Positions 1 to 10,135 of a stretch of 64,000 nt of DNA are shown one piece after another. Location: positions 256,001 to 320,000 of the forward strand of contig JBHYGA010000001.1 of assembly GCA_051859245.1 (NCBI GenBank). Reading direction: 5' to 3'. Numbering within the stretch: position 1 is the stretch's first letter; every line of letters begins with the position of its first letter. The notes under the pieces were generated by a model. It was not told the DNA's origin and did not search any database. It saw only the letters and a program-made list of their open reading frames with translations. The position numbers and the translations under genes were made by a program. The stretch comes from Gemmatimonadaceae bacterium (GTDB lineage Bacteria; Gemmatimonadota; Gemmatimonadetes; Gemmatimonadales; Gemmatimonadaceae).

Positions 1-1
1 G

Positions 2-85
2 GTGCGCCTGTTTTTCTCCAAACGAACCCGCACGGTGTGGGTGCTGATTTCTGACCACGAAGGGAAGCCACTGGGCCCGGAGTAG
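2..85 (+). CDS. 3' end of a CDS entering from upstream of the window (partial, unknown product)
   Basis: Open frame VRLFFSKRTRTVWVLISDHEGKPLGPE ending TAG at 83-85, just before the cop promoter. Confidence 0.35.
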   Translation: MRLFFSKRTRTVWVLISDHEGKPLGPE

Positions 86-105
86 GAGGCGCGACACGCG
101 CTGTG

Positions 106-134
106 TTGACATAGGGGGAGGGGGTATATATCTT
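106..134 (+). promoter_or_regulatory. sigma70-type promoter of the cupredoxin-copA operon
   Basis: TTGACA (106-111), 17 bp spacer, TATCTT (129-134). Confidence 0.75.
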
Positions 135-151
135 ATACCCACGGGGGGTAT
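135..151. promoter_or_regulatory. CsoR-type operator (C/G-tract pseudo-palindrome)
   Basis: ATACCCACGGGGGGTAT directly after the -10 element, upstream of copper genes; a second G-tract half-site ATAGGGGGAGGGGGTAT at 111-127. Confidence 0.75.
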
Positions 152-227
152 TTAGTCCCCTGCTGCTTTCGTGCGGCCGACGCGGCAAGTGACCACGACA
201 CGACCGCTCCCATTTTCGAGGCGCCTT

Positions 228-647
228 ATGCTTCCCCTGACTTCTGCTGAATGGTTGGTGCTCGTTGCCGGTGTCACGTCCATCGCCTGGGTAAACTGGT
301 ATTTCTTTGTAGCGGGCCGACGCAGCACAGCCGCGGTGATGGTGGCAGCGTCACCAAGCGCGGGCGCCGGCCAAGCTCAGGTGCCGGCTGAGCTCACGAT
401 CACGGTCGACGGCGGCTACAGCCCGGCGCAGGTGCGCGTCAAAACCGGTCAGCCAGTACGGCTGACGTTCGATCGCCGCGACACCTCCGGTTGCTCCGAA
501 GAAGTGGTGTTCCCCGACTTCAAAATCCGGAAGTTTCTCCCGACAGGGCAGCGCACGGCGATTGACATCACACCACCCGCCGCGGGTCGCTACGAGTTCA
601 TGTGCGGCATGAGCATGCTGCGCGGCGTTGTGATTGCGGAGGACTGA
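228..647 (+). CDS. Membrane-anchored cupredoxin-domain protein (CupA-like)
   Basis: N-terminal TM helix, GGYSP, GCSEEVVFPDF, YEFMCGMSMLRG; ATG 228 with GAGG RBS; 3 bp upstream of copA. Confidence 0.85.
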   Translation: MLPLTSAEWLVLVAGVTSIAWVNWYFFVAGRRSTAAVMVAASPSAGAGQAQVPAELTITVDGGYSPAQVRVKTGQPVRLTFDRRDTSGCSEEVVFPDFKIRKFLPTGQRTAIDITPPAAGRYEFMCGMSMLRGVVIAED

Positions 648-650
648 GTC

Positions 651-3047
651 ATGATCGACACCATGCAAGAGACCGCGCGCAACACGCCGAGTAGTGCCGC
701 GAGCGACACGATCCGTATTCCCGTGAGCGGTATGACATGCGCCGCCTGCTCATCTCGTGTGCAACGCACGCTGCAGAAAACGCCCGGTGTGGCCAACGCG
801 AACGTCAACCTGATGATGAAAACCGCCACGATCACGTATGATCCAAATGCGGTATCGCCAACGGCGTTAGTCGAAACGATTCGCGACACCGGTTACGGTG
901 CCGAACTCGCCAACGCCGACGAATCGGCGTTTGAAGAGCAGGAAGCACGCGATCGTGCGCAGGATGACGAGTATCGCGACTTCAAACGCAAGGCGATTGT
1001 GAGCGGTGTCGTTGGCGTGATGGCGATGATTCTCTCCATGCCCCTGATGGGAGCGATTGCGCAGTCCGCGCACGCACATGGCGACGTGGGCGATCCCTTC
1101 ATGCGCTGGTCCATGCGCACGATCGATCCGGCGTTGCAATCCATCATGCCGTGGCTCTACGAGCTGCCGGTGTTTGCGACAAGTATCGCACTGCTGTTCG
1201 CGACGCTGTTCGTGATGCTCTGGGCGGGTCGACACTTCTACACACGCGCGTGGGCTGCTTTCCGTCATCACTCGGCCGATATGAACACGCTCGTTGCCCT
1301 CGGCACGGGTGCTGCATTCATTTATTCGCTCACGGCCACACTCGCGCCGCAGTTTTTCACGAGCCGAGGTGTCGCGCCCGATGTGTACTACGAAGCGGTC
1401 ATCATCATCATCGCGTTGATCCTGACTGGCAACATGTTTGAAGCGCGGGCCAAGAAACAAACATCCAGTGCATTGCGCGCCCTGGTGCATCTGCAGCCAA
1501 AGACGGCACGCGTGCTGCGTTTTGGCGAAGAAGTCGACGCGCCGGTTGAGTCTGTAGAGCGCGACGAGATTGTTATTGTGAGGCCGGGCGAACGTATTCC
1601 GGTTGACGGAGAGATCACGCAGGGCGAAAGCGCCATTGATGAATCCATGCTGACCGGCGAATCGATTCCTGTCGCCAAGCGCACTGGTGATCGTGTGATT
1701 GGCGGCACGATCAACGGCAATGGCGCATTTCGCTTTCGTGCCACCACGCTGGGCGAGCAGAGCATGCTCGCACAAATCGTGCGCCTGATGCGAGACGCGC
1801 AGGGCAGTCGCGCGCCCATTCAGCGACTGGCCGACCAGATCAGCGGAGTGTTCGTGCCGGTGGTCATGTCTGTCGCGATTGCCACGTTTGTGGCGTGGTT
1901 TATTCTCGCAGATCAGGCGCCCGCGGTACGTGGTTTTGCCGCGGCCGTTGCAGTGCTGATCATTGCGTGCCCATGCGCGATGGGACTCGCAGTACCAACC
2001 GCCGTGATGGTGGCGACTGGTAAAGGCGCCGAGCTTGGCGTGTTGATCAAAGGTGGTGAAGCATTGCAGCAAGCGGGCGGGATCAATACCATGGTGCTCG
2101 ACAAAACCGGCACCGTGACCGAAGGCAAACCAACGGTCACTGATCTTGTGGCGGTCGGCGAGTTCAGCACGAGCGCCGACGAGCTGCTGCGGCTCGTCGC
2201 TTCACTCGAAGCCTCAAGTGAACATCCGTTGGCCGATGCGATTGTGCGCAGCGCAAAAGAGAAGGGTCTGGCGTTGAGTGTCGCGGATGAGTTCGCGGCG
2301 GTGAGTGGTCGTGGTGCGCAAGGCGTAGTGGACTCGCGCGGCATCGCGGTGGGTAACGCTGAGTTCATGCACGACTGGGCGGCTGACGTGTCGCAGATGC
2401 GTGCAGCGGCAGAGGAGCTTGCGGGCAAAGGACGCACGCCAATGTATGTCGCCGTTGACGGTGCGCTCGCCGGATTGATCGCGGTTGCGGATCCCATCAA
2501 GGAGTCATCGCGATCGGCGATTGCCGCGTTTCACGCGATGGGGCTCGAAGTGGTGATGCTCACCGGAGACAACGAGCTCACGGCCAAGGCGATTGCACGT
2601 GAAGCGGGTATCGATCGTGTGGTGGCTGGTGTGCTGCCAGACGGCAAAGTCGCCGAGATCAAACGATTGCAGGGCGAAGGGCGCGTGGTGGCGATGGTGG
2701 GTGATGGTATCAACGATGGGCCGGCGATTGCGCAGGCGGATATCGGCATCGGTATTGGGACCGGTACCGACATCGCCGTTGAAGCGGCCGACATTGTACT
2801 CATGCGCGGCGATCTGCAGAGTGCTGCGCAGGCGATCCAGTTGTCGCGTCGCACCATGCGCACCATGAAGCAGAATCTCTTCTGGGCGTTTGTGTACAAC
2901 GTGATTGGGATCCCGATTGCAGCGGGGCTGCTGTATCCGTCGTTCGGATTGTTGCTCAGCCCCATTCTCGCGAGTGCCGCGATGGCGTTCAGTTCGGTGA
3001 GTGTGGTGAGTAACTCACTCCGATTGCGCTCGGCGAAGTTTGCGTAG
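651..3047 (+). CDS. copA: Cu(I)-translocating P1B-type ATPase
   Basis: GMTCAAC metal-binding domain, TGES, CPC, DKTGT, SEHP, GDGIND, YN and MAFSS TM motifs. Confidence 0.95.
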   Translation: MIDTMQETARNTPSSAASDTIRIPVSGMTCAACSSRVQRTLQKTPGVANANVNLMMKTATITYDPNAVSPTALVETIRDTGYGAELANADESAFEEQEARDRAQDDEYRDFKRKAIVSGVVGVMAMILSMPLMGAIAQSAHAHGDVGDPFMRWSMRTIDPALQSIMPWLYELPVFATSIALLFATLFVMLWAGRHFYTRAWAAFRHHSADMNTLVALGTGAAFIYSLTATLAPQFFTSRGVAPDVYYEAVIIIIALILTGNMFEARAKKQTSSALRALVHLQPKTARVLRFGEEVDAPVESVERDEIVIVRPGERIPVDGEITQGESAIDESMLTGESIPVAKRTGDRVIGGTINGNGAFRFRATTLGEQSMLAQIVRLMRDAQGSRAPIQRLADQISGVFVPVVMSVAIATFVAWFILADQAPAVRGFAAAVAVLIIACPCAMGLAVPTAVMVATGKGAELGVLIKGGEALQQAGGINTMVLDKTGTVTEGKPTVTDLVAVGEFSTSADELLRLVASLEASSEHPLADAIVRSAKEKGLALSVADEFAAVSGRGAQGVVDSRGIAVGNAEFMHDWAADVSQMRAAAEELAGKGRTPMYVAVDGALAGLIAVADPIKESSRSAIAAFHAMGLEVVMLTGDNELTAKAIAREAGIDRVVAGVLPDGKVAEIKRLQGEGRVVAMVGDGINDGPAIAQADIGIGIGTGTDIAVEAADIVLMRGDLQSAAQAIQLSRRTMRTMKQNLFWAFVYNVIGIPIAAGLLYPSFGLLLSPILASAAMAFSSVSVVSNSLRLRSAKFA

Positions 3048-3060
3048 TCGCTTCGCCGAG
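3029..3060. terminator. Hairpin between convergent genes (probable terminator)
   Basis: CTCGGCGAAG-N12-CTTCGCCGAG spanning the copA stop. Confidence 0.5.
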
Positions 3061-3648
3061 CTATGGGCGCGTGAGGTCAAACGCACCGTTGGTCACCACC
3101 ACACGTTGCCGTGCATTGGCTGCGTTTGCGGTATTCGCGACCGCGGTTAACTGGAAGGTGCCGGCCAACCGCGTGGTCGTCACCGTGGTGAAGGTGATTG
3201 ATCCGGAGCCCGGCCCGGTTGCATCGGAGAGATTGGCGTACCACAGGTTGGGCGCGCGCACCACCTGGCCAATTCCCGAGTAGCCGGATCCAGGTGGCTG
3301 TTGCTGGCTGGCCGCGCTGAGCTGATACGTGCCCGCGGTGATCGGTGTGAGGCGCCCGATCGTAATCAGAATCTGGCGGCCGGTGATCGCACCGTTGGGG
3401 CACTCCACGCCGTTCACCTGTACGATGTTCGGACCAAGCGCGGTGCCGTTCTGGATCGTTGCCTGCGTAATGAAGTTTGCCGTGAATGGCTGTCCGTCAA
3501 CGGTGGCGGTAAATGTGCCCTGCGGAACAGGTCCGCAGTTTGCTGTGGGTTCGGGCGCGGTATTGTCAGATCCGCCACAGGCCGCGAGGGCCAGTGATGT
3601 AGCCGCAACAAGCAGCACAGCGAACGAAGCAGCGCGTGACGCGGGCAT
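3061..3648 (-). CDS. Hypothetical lipoprotein
   Basis: Signal peptide with lipobox LAAC; Thr/Gly-rich beta-type body; ATG at 3648. Confidence 0.75.
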   Translation of the reverse strand: MPASRAASFAVLLVAATSLALAACGGSDNTAPEPTANCGPVPQGTFTATVDGQPFTANFITQATIQNGTALGPNIVQVNGVECPNGAITGRQILITIGRLTPITAGTYQLSAASQQQPPGSGYSGIGQVVRAPNLWYANLSDATGPGSGSITFTTVTTTRLAGTFQLTAVANTANAANARQRVVVTNGAFDLTRP

Positions 3649-3759
3649 GGTGTGTGGGGCCGGGGAGTAAACGAACTCGGGCCACAAAACTTGTCGCCCG
3701 AGGTTCGCAAGCGTAAGAGCCGTTCCCGGCGGGACCATTCACTGGGCCGCAGCGCGCGG

Positions 3760-4347
3760 CTACTCAGGTGCCGCGACCACCTCGTACTGATTCTGCACAA
3801 ATCCAAAATCATACGCGATCGTTTTGGCATGACGCAGCGTGACGTCGCGCGTGCCTGCGGCGAAGAGCGGCAATCCGGATCCAATGAGCACCGGGATCAG
3901 GGTGATCGTCAAATCCGTAATCAAGCCGGCGTTGAGAAACGACTGGATCGTTCTGCCGCCGTCAATGTACAGTCGGGTGTACCCAACTTCTTTCGCTCTG
4001 GCCACCACTTCGGCGGGCGAGCGGTTCAGCAGTCGAACCGTGTTCGGGAGCTCAGGCGGCAGTTCGCGCAACGACTGACTCAGCACCCAGACGGGCTTGT
4101 CGCCATACGGCCAGGTTGCAAATCCGCGCACCGTGTCGAACGTGCCGCGCCCCATGATCAGTGCGTCGACGGTGCTCATGAAATCAGCGTAGCCGCAGTC
4201 TTCGCCCGGTGTGACGCGCTCGTTGGCGCGCTCAAGCCAGTCAATGGCGCCGTTTTCGCGCGCGATGAATCCGTCGAGACTCGTGGCAATAAAGACTGAG
4301 CAGCGAAACGCGGGTGGATGTGGAGCGGACGCAGGTGTAGAGGTCAT
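3760..4347 (-). CDS. Dihydrofolate reductase / RibD C-terminal family protein
   Basis: FIATSLDGFIA, LIMGRGTF, IDGG, IPVLIGSGLPLF motifs. Confidence 0.9.
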   Translation of the reverse strand: MTSTPASAPHPPAFRCSVFIATSLDGFIARENGAIDWLERANERVTPGEDCGYADFMSTVDALIMGRGTFDTVRGFATWPYGDKPVWVLSQSLRELPPELPNTVRLLNRSPAEVVARAKEVGYTRLYIDGGRTIQSFLNAGLITDLTITLIPVLIGSGLPLFAAGTRDVTLRHAKTIAYDFGFVQNQYEVVAAPE

Positions 4348-4353
4348 GCGATT

Positions 4354-5553
4354 TCAGTTGGTAGGAGCGTCAAGACACCAGAGGAAACTACGCGGGAGCC
4401 GCATGCCTGCACGCCATTGGGGAGTGGGCAGGACGCGGAATGAGAGCACGCCTTCAGGCGCTGCCTGGAATTCGTAGGCCGCAATCATCTGTACCTCGGC
4501 TGGCAAGCCGACATCACCGCGGACCGTGCTTCCCTTGGGCCGCGTAACGCCACACACGGCGTCAATAATCGACAACCCGGGCGCAATTTCGAGAAACCGC
4601 GTGCGAACCTGCACCGATCCGACATGTTTCAACGGTTGTGGCAGGCGATCCGCGCGACTCAACTCCAGGTCCATGCGCCGGAGCTGCGATGTGGCGCTAT
4701 CGAGAAAGAACGCACCGTGCACATCGGGTGACCGCAGTTTGTCAGACGCCCGCACATCGAGTCGCAGCCACGTTTCGTCATCTACGCGCTCTTTGCCGCC
4801 GTACGCAAAGCAATGCGCACGAACAAAGTTGTTGTCGGCCAGATCCAGAATCGTGGGGATGGCCATGTTGTATTCAGAACCGCCCCCGCGTCGCCTCACG
4901 CGTTGTACGACCTCGCCGGCCTTGTACTCCACTCGCGTGGCGCTGCGCGCGAGTATGGTATCCACTTGCTGCAGAAGCACGCGCGAGCTGGCTGACTTCT
5001 CGTTCTCGAGCAGTGCCAACGCGCGCACCTGACGGTACGCAAAGGGATATTGTGATGCCAGCAGACGATAGCGGTCGGCATTCTCTCGGAGCAGCGCGAC
5101 CATGCCAGCCACTTCAGGGAATCGCACGCTGTCTGGCATCCCGGGTGTGGTGCAGCTCACCATCGCGCGCACGGTGAGCGTCTGGATGTTGACCGGAATG
5201 GCGGTCAGCTGCACATCCAGCCGCGTCACTGCACCAGGCGCGATGGTGACGCTGCTCCGATATGGCGCGTAGCCAATGCGGCGGATCAACACCTCGTGTC
5301 GGCCTTCGGGCAACGCGGTGAGAACAAAAACGCCGGCGCCGTTGGTAAACCGTTCCACATTGAGTCGCGGCAAGCTCACCACCGCGTACGCGAGCGGCAT
5401 GGCCGACTGCTCAGCGCGCACGCTCCCTTGCAGCGTACCCGTCGCACCCTGCGCGAATGCGCGCGAAGGCGCCGGCAGGAGCAAAAGCAGTACTGCACAG
5501 CCAAGCTGCCAGGCACGAGCAAGCACACCAACCCCCAAAGCGAACGGGACCAA
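4354..5553 (-). CDS. Secreted protein with N-terminal carboxypeptidase-regulatory-like domain
   Basis: Signal peptide ending AFAQ, then GTLQGSV..TNGAGVF..LPEGRH..RRIGY pattern; start uncertain. Confidence 0.75.
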   Translation of the reverse strand: MVPFALGVGVLARAWQLGCAVLLLLLPAPSRAFAQGATGTLQGSVRAEQSAMPLAYAVVSLPRLNVERFTNGAGVFVLTALPEGRHEVLIRRIGYAPYRSSVTIAPGAVTRLDVQLTAIPVNIQTLTVRAMVSCTTPGMPDSVRFPEVAGMVALLRENADRYRLLASQYPFAYRQVRALALLENEKSASSRVLLQQVDTILARSATRVEYKAGEVVQRVRRRGGGSEYNMAIPTILDLADNNFVRAHCFAYGGKERVDDETWLRLDVRASDKLRSPDVHGAFFLDSATSQLRRMDLELSRADRLPQPLKHVGSVQVRTRFLEIAPGLSIIDAVCGVTRPKGSTVRGDVGLPAEVQMIAAYEFQAAPEGVLSFRVLPTPQWRAGMRLPRSFLWCLDAPTN

Positions 5554-5646
5554 CTACGGAAAGTTCAGTAGACGTTAGGCGCACGGCGCTGCGCTGTCAA
5601 TCCGCGACTATCTTCCTTCTTCAACTCCCGCACACACCCGACTCAC

Positions 5647-7353
5647 GTGACTGACACCAACAGCTCTGATTCCACGCCGCGCCGAGATTTTATTCGCGAG
5701 CTTGTGATTGATGATATCGCGACCGGTCGATTTGGTCGACCAACCGCGACGCGTTTCCCACCGGAGCCAAACGGCTTTTTGCACATGGGGCACGCGAAAT
5801 CGATCTGTCTGAACTTCGGGATCGCGCGCGAGTTTGGGGGCACGTGCAACCTGCGCTTCGATGATACGAATCCGTTCACTGAAGACATGAAGTACGTAGA
5901 GGCCATCAAGCAGGACATCAAATGGCTCGGCTTCGACTGGGACGGCGAACACTACGCGTCGGACTACTTTGAGCAGTTGTACGACATCGCGGAGCGACTG
6001 GTGGAGCAGGGCAAGGCGTACGTCGATTCGCAGACTGAAGAAGAGATTCGCACGAATCGCGGCACGGTCACCTCGCCAGGCACTCCTGGTCCGTACCGTG
6101 ATCGCACGCCGGCGGAAAATCTCGATCTGTTGCGTCGCATGAAGGCCGGCGAGTTCGCCGACGGCGCGCATGTGCTGCGGGCCAAGATTGATCTCGCGCA
6201 TCCGAACATGATCATGCGTGATCCGCTGCTGCTCCGCATTCGGCGCGATGCACATCATTATCGTCGCGGCACCGAGTGGAAGATCTATCCGCTTTACGAT
6301 TTCGCGCACGGGCTCAGCGATGCGATTGAGGGCATTACGCGATCCTTGTGTACGCTCGAGTTCAAGGACAATCGCGACATCTATGAGTGGTTGGTGGACA
6401 ACGCGGGATTCGTGAATCCCCCAACACAGATCGAGTTTGCCCGTCTTGAGCTCGACTACACCGTGCTGAGCAAGCGCAAGCTGCTCCGGCTGGTGAATGA
6501 CGGCCATGTCAGTGGCTGGGATGATCCGCGCATGCCAACCATTGCCGGCCTGCGGCGACGCGGCGTACGCCCGGAAGCGATTCGTGCATTCGCCGATACC
6601 ATTGGCGTGGCGCGCAAAGACGCGCGCGTTGAGATCGCCACGTTCGAACACGCGGTGCGCAATGATCTGAACATGGAAGTGCCGCGAGTGTTGTGCGTGC
6701 TCAATCCGCTCAAGGTCGTGATCACCAACTATCCCGAAGGGCAGGTGGATATGCTCGAGGGGCAGAACTATCCGCACGACGTACCCAAGACGGGAACGCG
6801 CGAGGTCCCGTTCTCGCGGGAGTTGTGGATCGATCGCGACGACTTTATGGAAGACCCGCCCAAGAAGTTCTTCCGTCTCGCACCGGGGCGCGAGGTGCGT
6901 CTGCGCTTTGGCTATCTGATCACGTGTACCAACGTGATTAAAGACGCCGACGGCACCGTGACCGAGCTTCACTGCACGTATGATCCGGACACGCGCAGCG
7001 GAAACGCGCCGGACGGCCGTAAAGTGCAGGGTACCATTCACTGGGTGTCGGCGCAGCACGCGATCGACTGCGAAGTACGCCTCTATGACCGGCTCTTCAC
7101 GCAGCCGGATCCTGATGACGTCCCCGAGGGCGAAGATTTCCTGTCCACACTGAATCCGGCGTCGCTTGTGGTAATTCCGAATGCGAAAGTCGAGCCGTCG
7201 GTGGTGAAGGATCCGCTCGGTTCGCGCTATCAGTTCGAGCGCACGGGATACTTCATGAGCGAGCCGGAAGACAGCACGTCAGACAAGATCGTCTTCAATC
7301 GAATCGTGAGTCTGCGTGACTCGTGGGCCAAAGAAACAAAGAAGGGCGGCTAA
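5647..7353 (+). CDS. glnS: Glutamine--tRNA ligase
   Basis: TRFPPEPNGFLHMGH (HIGH variant), LRFDDTNP, LCTLEF, LSKRK, GWDDPRMPT, QFERTGYF. Confidence 0.95.
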   Translation: MTDTNSSDSTPRRDFIRELVIDDIATGRFGRPTATRFPPEPNGFLHMGHAKSICLNFGIAREFGGTCNLRFDDTNPFTEDMKYVEAIKQDIKWLGFDWDGEHYASDYFEQLYDIAERLVEQGKAYVDSQTEEEIRTNRGTVTSPGTPGPYRDRTPAENLDLLRRMKAGEFADGAHVLRAKIDLAHPNMIMRDPLLLRIRRDAHHYRRGTEWKIYPLYDFAHGLSDAIEGITRSLCTLEFKDNRDIYEWLVDNAGFVNPPTQIEFARLELDYTVLSKRKLLRLVNDGHVSGWDDPRMPTIAGLRRRGVRPEAIRAFADTIGVARKDARVEIATFEHAVRNDLNMEVPRVLCVLNPLKVVITNYPEGQVDMLEGQNYPHDVPKTGTREVPFSRELWIDRDDFMEDPPKKFFRLAPGREVRLRFGYLITCTNVIKDADGTVTELHCTYDPDTRSGNAPDGRKVQGTIHWVSAQHAIDCEVRLYDRLFTQPDPDDVPEGEDFLSTLNPASLVVIPNAKVEPSVVKDPLGSRYQFERTGYFMSEPEDSTSDKIVFNRIVSLRDSWAKETKKGG

Positions 7354-7365
7354 GGCCGCCCTTCT
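7340..7365. terminator. Bidirectional hairpin at the glnS end
   Basis: AGAAGGGCGGC-TAAG-GCCGCCCTTCT between convergent glnS and csbD. Confidence 0.65.
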
Positions 7366-7377
7366 CGTTTCGCTGCA

Positions 7378-7596
7378 TTAGACGGTACGCGGCGATGTCT
7401 CGTGCGCGTCTTCAAACGCCTTGAGCTCGGCTTCGGCCTCTTCCTTCGTGCGGCCGTATGCCTGCTGGATTTTTCCCACCATCTGATCACGCTTGCCGGC
7501 GACGACATCAAGATCATCGTCCGTGAGCTTGCCCCACTGCTCACGCGCCTTGCCCTTGAGTTCCTTCCAATTGCCCTTGATCGTATCTTCGTTCAT
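7378..7596 (-). CDS. csbD: CsbD family general stress protein
   Basis: MNEDTIKGNWKELKGKAREQWGKLTDDDL...GKIQQAYG; AGGAG RBS. Confidence 0.92.
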   Translation of the reverse strand: MNEDTIKGNWKELKGKAREQWGKLTDDDLDVVAGKRDQMVGKIQQAYGRTKEEAEAELKAFEDAHETSPRTV

Positions 7597-7710
7597 CTGG
7601 AGCTCCTTGCAGTGATGGATATGGAGTAGCCATATCGAATCCTGAAGTTGCCGAAGTGCATGGAGGGCCGCAGTTATCCCAAAGAGCGATTTTCAGTTCA
7701 ATCGTGCGAA

Positions 7711-8337
7711 TCACGTTGGTGTGGTGCCGAACGTTGCGATGCGAATCCGGTCACCGACTGCGGACAGGGAAATCTGGTGCTGATCCGCGTGTTGCACTGC
7801 CCACTGCCACCATGCGCCGTGCATGGCGTCCACAAGCTCGAGCCGTTCACCGTTTGCTGTGGCGCTGACCACAAGCACCGTGCCTGCCGTCTGCGGTTCA
7901 TCCACAATGTGTACGGACACTCGTGTCTCCTTCCAGTTGTTGCAGATGGCACCGAACACCGCGAGTGCGATGTGCCAGAGTGGATGGGCGAGCGCGTGTG
8001 GAATGCGCACATCTTCAACCACACAGTTGATCGCGCTCCCGCGGGGCAAGAGCCCAACGCCAAACCGCGTGACGCGAGCTGCCCATTGCGAAGTCGACTC
8101 CGCCGGGGTTGGGGCAAGCGCGCTGCCGCGGTCATGCTCACGAAGCGCACGTAGCTGCTGGCCCAGCAGGCGAAGCTCGCCCGCAATCGAACGCATCGCG
8201 CGGACCGTTGCGTCGGACTGACCATGCTCCAGCACGTCGGCGCGGAGTAACAACGCGCTCGCCAGTCCGCCAATATCGTGCGCGGTGGTCGCAAGCACGT
8301 TGCGCAACATCAACACTTCTGGCTGTGACTCTTCCAT
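7711..8337 (-). CDS. Degenerate histidine-kinase-like protein (H-box retained, no recognisable ATP-binding G boxes)
   Basis: LATTAHDIGG H-box-like segment; resembles the N-terminal part of 10136..11329; start could be 8349, 8337 or 8310. Confidence 0.55.
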   Translation of the reverse strand: MEESQPEVLMLRNVLATTAHDIGGLASALLLRADVLEHGQSDATVRAMRSIAGELRLLGQQLRALREHDRGSALAPTPAESTSQWAARVTRFGVGLLPRGSAINCVVEDVRIPHALAHPLWHIALAVFGAICNNWKETRVSVHIVDEPQTAGTVLVVSATANGERLELVDAMHGAWWQWAVQHADQHQISLSAVGDRIRIATFGTTPT

Positions 8338-8471
8338 AAACGGCCCCAATCATGTGATGGCGATCACGCGATCTGTTTCTGACCGGTGCTTACAGGAACG
8401 TGCCCGTTCGCGTATGGTAGTACCCAGCTACCACTGCGGTCAGTACAGACCCACTTCTTTGTGAGAACGAT

Positions 8472-9098
8472 ATGACGGAAACAGCGATTCGCGTGTTGCT
8501 CGTAGACGACCACGCCATCATGCGTGAAGGCCTGGCCGCAGTGCTGGCGCATCACAACATTGACGTTGTGGGCCAGGCTGCCGACGGAGAAACCGCGATC
8601 TCGCTCTTTCGTTCACTCGCTCCCGACGTCTGCATTGTGGATGTACGCATGGGGCCTATGGATGGTGCCGAGCTGACACAGGAACTGCGCAATATCAATG
8701 GCGAGGCACGAGTAATTCTGCTTACGACCTATGATACCGACGAAGAAATCTTTCGCGGATTGCGCGCAGGTGCGGCAAGCTATGTGCTCAAGGACATTGG
8801 CTCAGAGGAACTGGTGTCCACGATCCGTGCGGTGTGGTCTGGCAAACGTGTGATTGCCCCGGCGATCGCGGCCAAGCTGGCCGAAAATGTCGGGGCCGAA
8901 GCGTTGACGATGCGCCAGGCGGAAGTGTTGCGCTGTCTGTCAGAGGGAAAATCGAACCTTGAAGTCGCCGAGTCCCTGTCGATCAGTGAGGGAACGGTCA
9001 AGGCACACGTAAAGGCGATTCTTGCCAAGCTCGATGCTCGCGACCGTACGCAGGCACTCATGATTGCCTTCAAGCGCGGTTTGTTGCGCGCGGTCTAG
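8472..9098 (+). CDS. NarL/LuxR family response regulator
   Basis: LVDDH, VDVRM, LTTYD, YVLK receiver; LTMRQAEVL..GKSNLEVA..ISEGTVKAHV HTH. Confidence 0.95.
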   Translation: MTETAIRVLLVDDHAIMREGLAAVLAHHNIDVVGQAADGETAISLFRSLAPDVCIVDVRMGPMDGAELTQELRNINGEARVILLTTYDTDEEIFRGLRAGAASYVLKDIGSEELVSTIRAVWSGKRVIAPAIAAKLAENVGAEALTMRQAEVLRCLSEGKSNLEVAESLSISEGTVKAHVKAILAKLDARDRTQALMIAFKRGLLRAV

Positions 9099-9275
9099 CC
9101 TTCGCTCGTGTGATGGATCACACGATATCATCCTCGGTGTGTAGAGAATGATCGCTCCGTTGGCGGATGCACTCGATCCGCTGCGTTGTGTAGGTTCTTC
9201 GTACAGTTCAACTGGTATCACGGCGACGACATATGGTCGTCGGCATGAAGTCTGGACTCTTTCGAGGACTCACAT

Positions 9276-10022
9276 ATGATTCGATCCATTCGCACCCCCG
9301 TCCTGCTGCTCGGCGCAGTACTGCTGACCGCCTGCAACAAGGATGCCCAGACCGAAGGAGAAGTCGCCACCGCGATGGCAGACGGTTCCATTGATACATC
9401 CATGTCTGGCGATGCCGCCGATGCGCGTGGCCTGGCGCTCGTCCGTGTTGTCAATGCAGCGCCAGACGTACGGCAGCTGACAATTCGCGGCGACAACATG
9501 CAGTCGCTGCCCGCTGTTGAATATCAGACGGTATCCCAGTACCAGAACATCGACAAGAACTGGAATACGTTTGAAGTGTCTGGTACCACCGATGGCACCT
9601 ATTCGCCGTTGGAAACCAATCGTGAAATGCTGACTGATGGTCACCGCTACACGATGGTGGTGTTGCGCGAGGAGGATGGCGGCGCCCTCAAGACACGCAT
9701 CCTGCGTGATGAAATCTCGTCGGACAACAGCAAGGCCCATGTGCGCGTGATTCACGCGGCGCGTGGCACCGATGAAATCGACGTCGTAGCGCAGGGCGGA
9801 GAAACGCTCTTCGACGGCATCAACTACTCGTCGGAAGCGGGCTTCAAGGATGTGACGCCGTGGTCTGGCACGCTTGACTTCCGCACGGAAGACGGCAACC
9901 GCTCATTGCTCACCCTTCCGAACGTCAACCTGCAGGCCGGTATGTCGTACACGATTGTGGTTGCGCGCAAGAACGCCTCGAGCGTCGAAGCGTTCTGGTT
10001 TACCGACAAGCAGATGCCGTAA
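9276..10022 (+). CDS. DUF4397-domain lipoprotein
   Basis: Lipobox LTAC; two repeats VRVVNAAPD / VRVIHAARG; GAGGA RBS. Confidence 0.8.
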   Translation: MIRSIRTPVLLLGAVLLTACNKDAQTEGEVATAMADGSIDTSMSGDAADARGLALVRVVNAAPDVRQLTIRGDNMQSLPAVEYQTVSQYQNIDKNWNTFEVSGTTDGTYSPLETNREMLTDGHRYTMVVLREEDGGALKTRILRDEISSDNSKAHVRVIHAARGTDEIDVVAQGGETLFDGINYSSEAGFKDVTPWSGTLDFRTEDGNRSLLTLPNVNLQAGMSYTIVVARKNASSVEAFWFTDKQMP

Positions 10023-10047
10023 GTCGATTGCGACTAGCTTCAAACAC

Positions 10048-10087
10048 GACAACAGCGCATTCGGCTCCGGCTGAATGCGCTGTTGTC
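10048..10087. terminator. Long bidirectional hairpin between convergent genes
   Basis: GACAACAGCGCATTCGGC-TCCG-GCTGAATGCGCTGTTGTC, 18 bp stem. Confidence 0.75.
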
Positions 10088-10135
10088 ATTTGCCACAGAG
10101 GGTACGGCAACTCGTCGCACCTCGCGCAGTTGCGG

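Noticed and set aside
59..95. AGGGAAGCCACTGGG resembling cobalamin riboswitch elements
   Set aside because: Other conserved elements and their order are missing; better explained as the 3' end of an upstream CDS
5770..5795. HMGH instead of HIGH in GlnRS
   Set aside because: Conservative variant of the class I signature; all other motifs are intact
5608..7059. 483-aa ORF antisense to glnS, and similar long shadow ORFs (867..2072, 32237..33673, 10028..10960, 44991..45962)
   Set aside because: They lie opposite well-supported genes, have no recognisable motifs, and are expected from codon bias in GC-rich DNA
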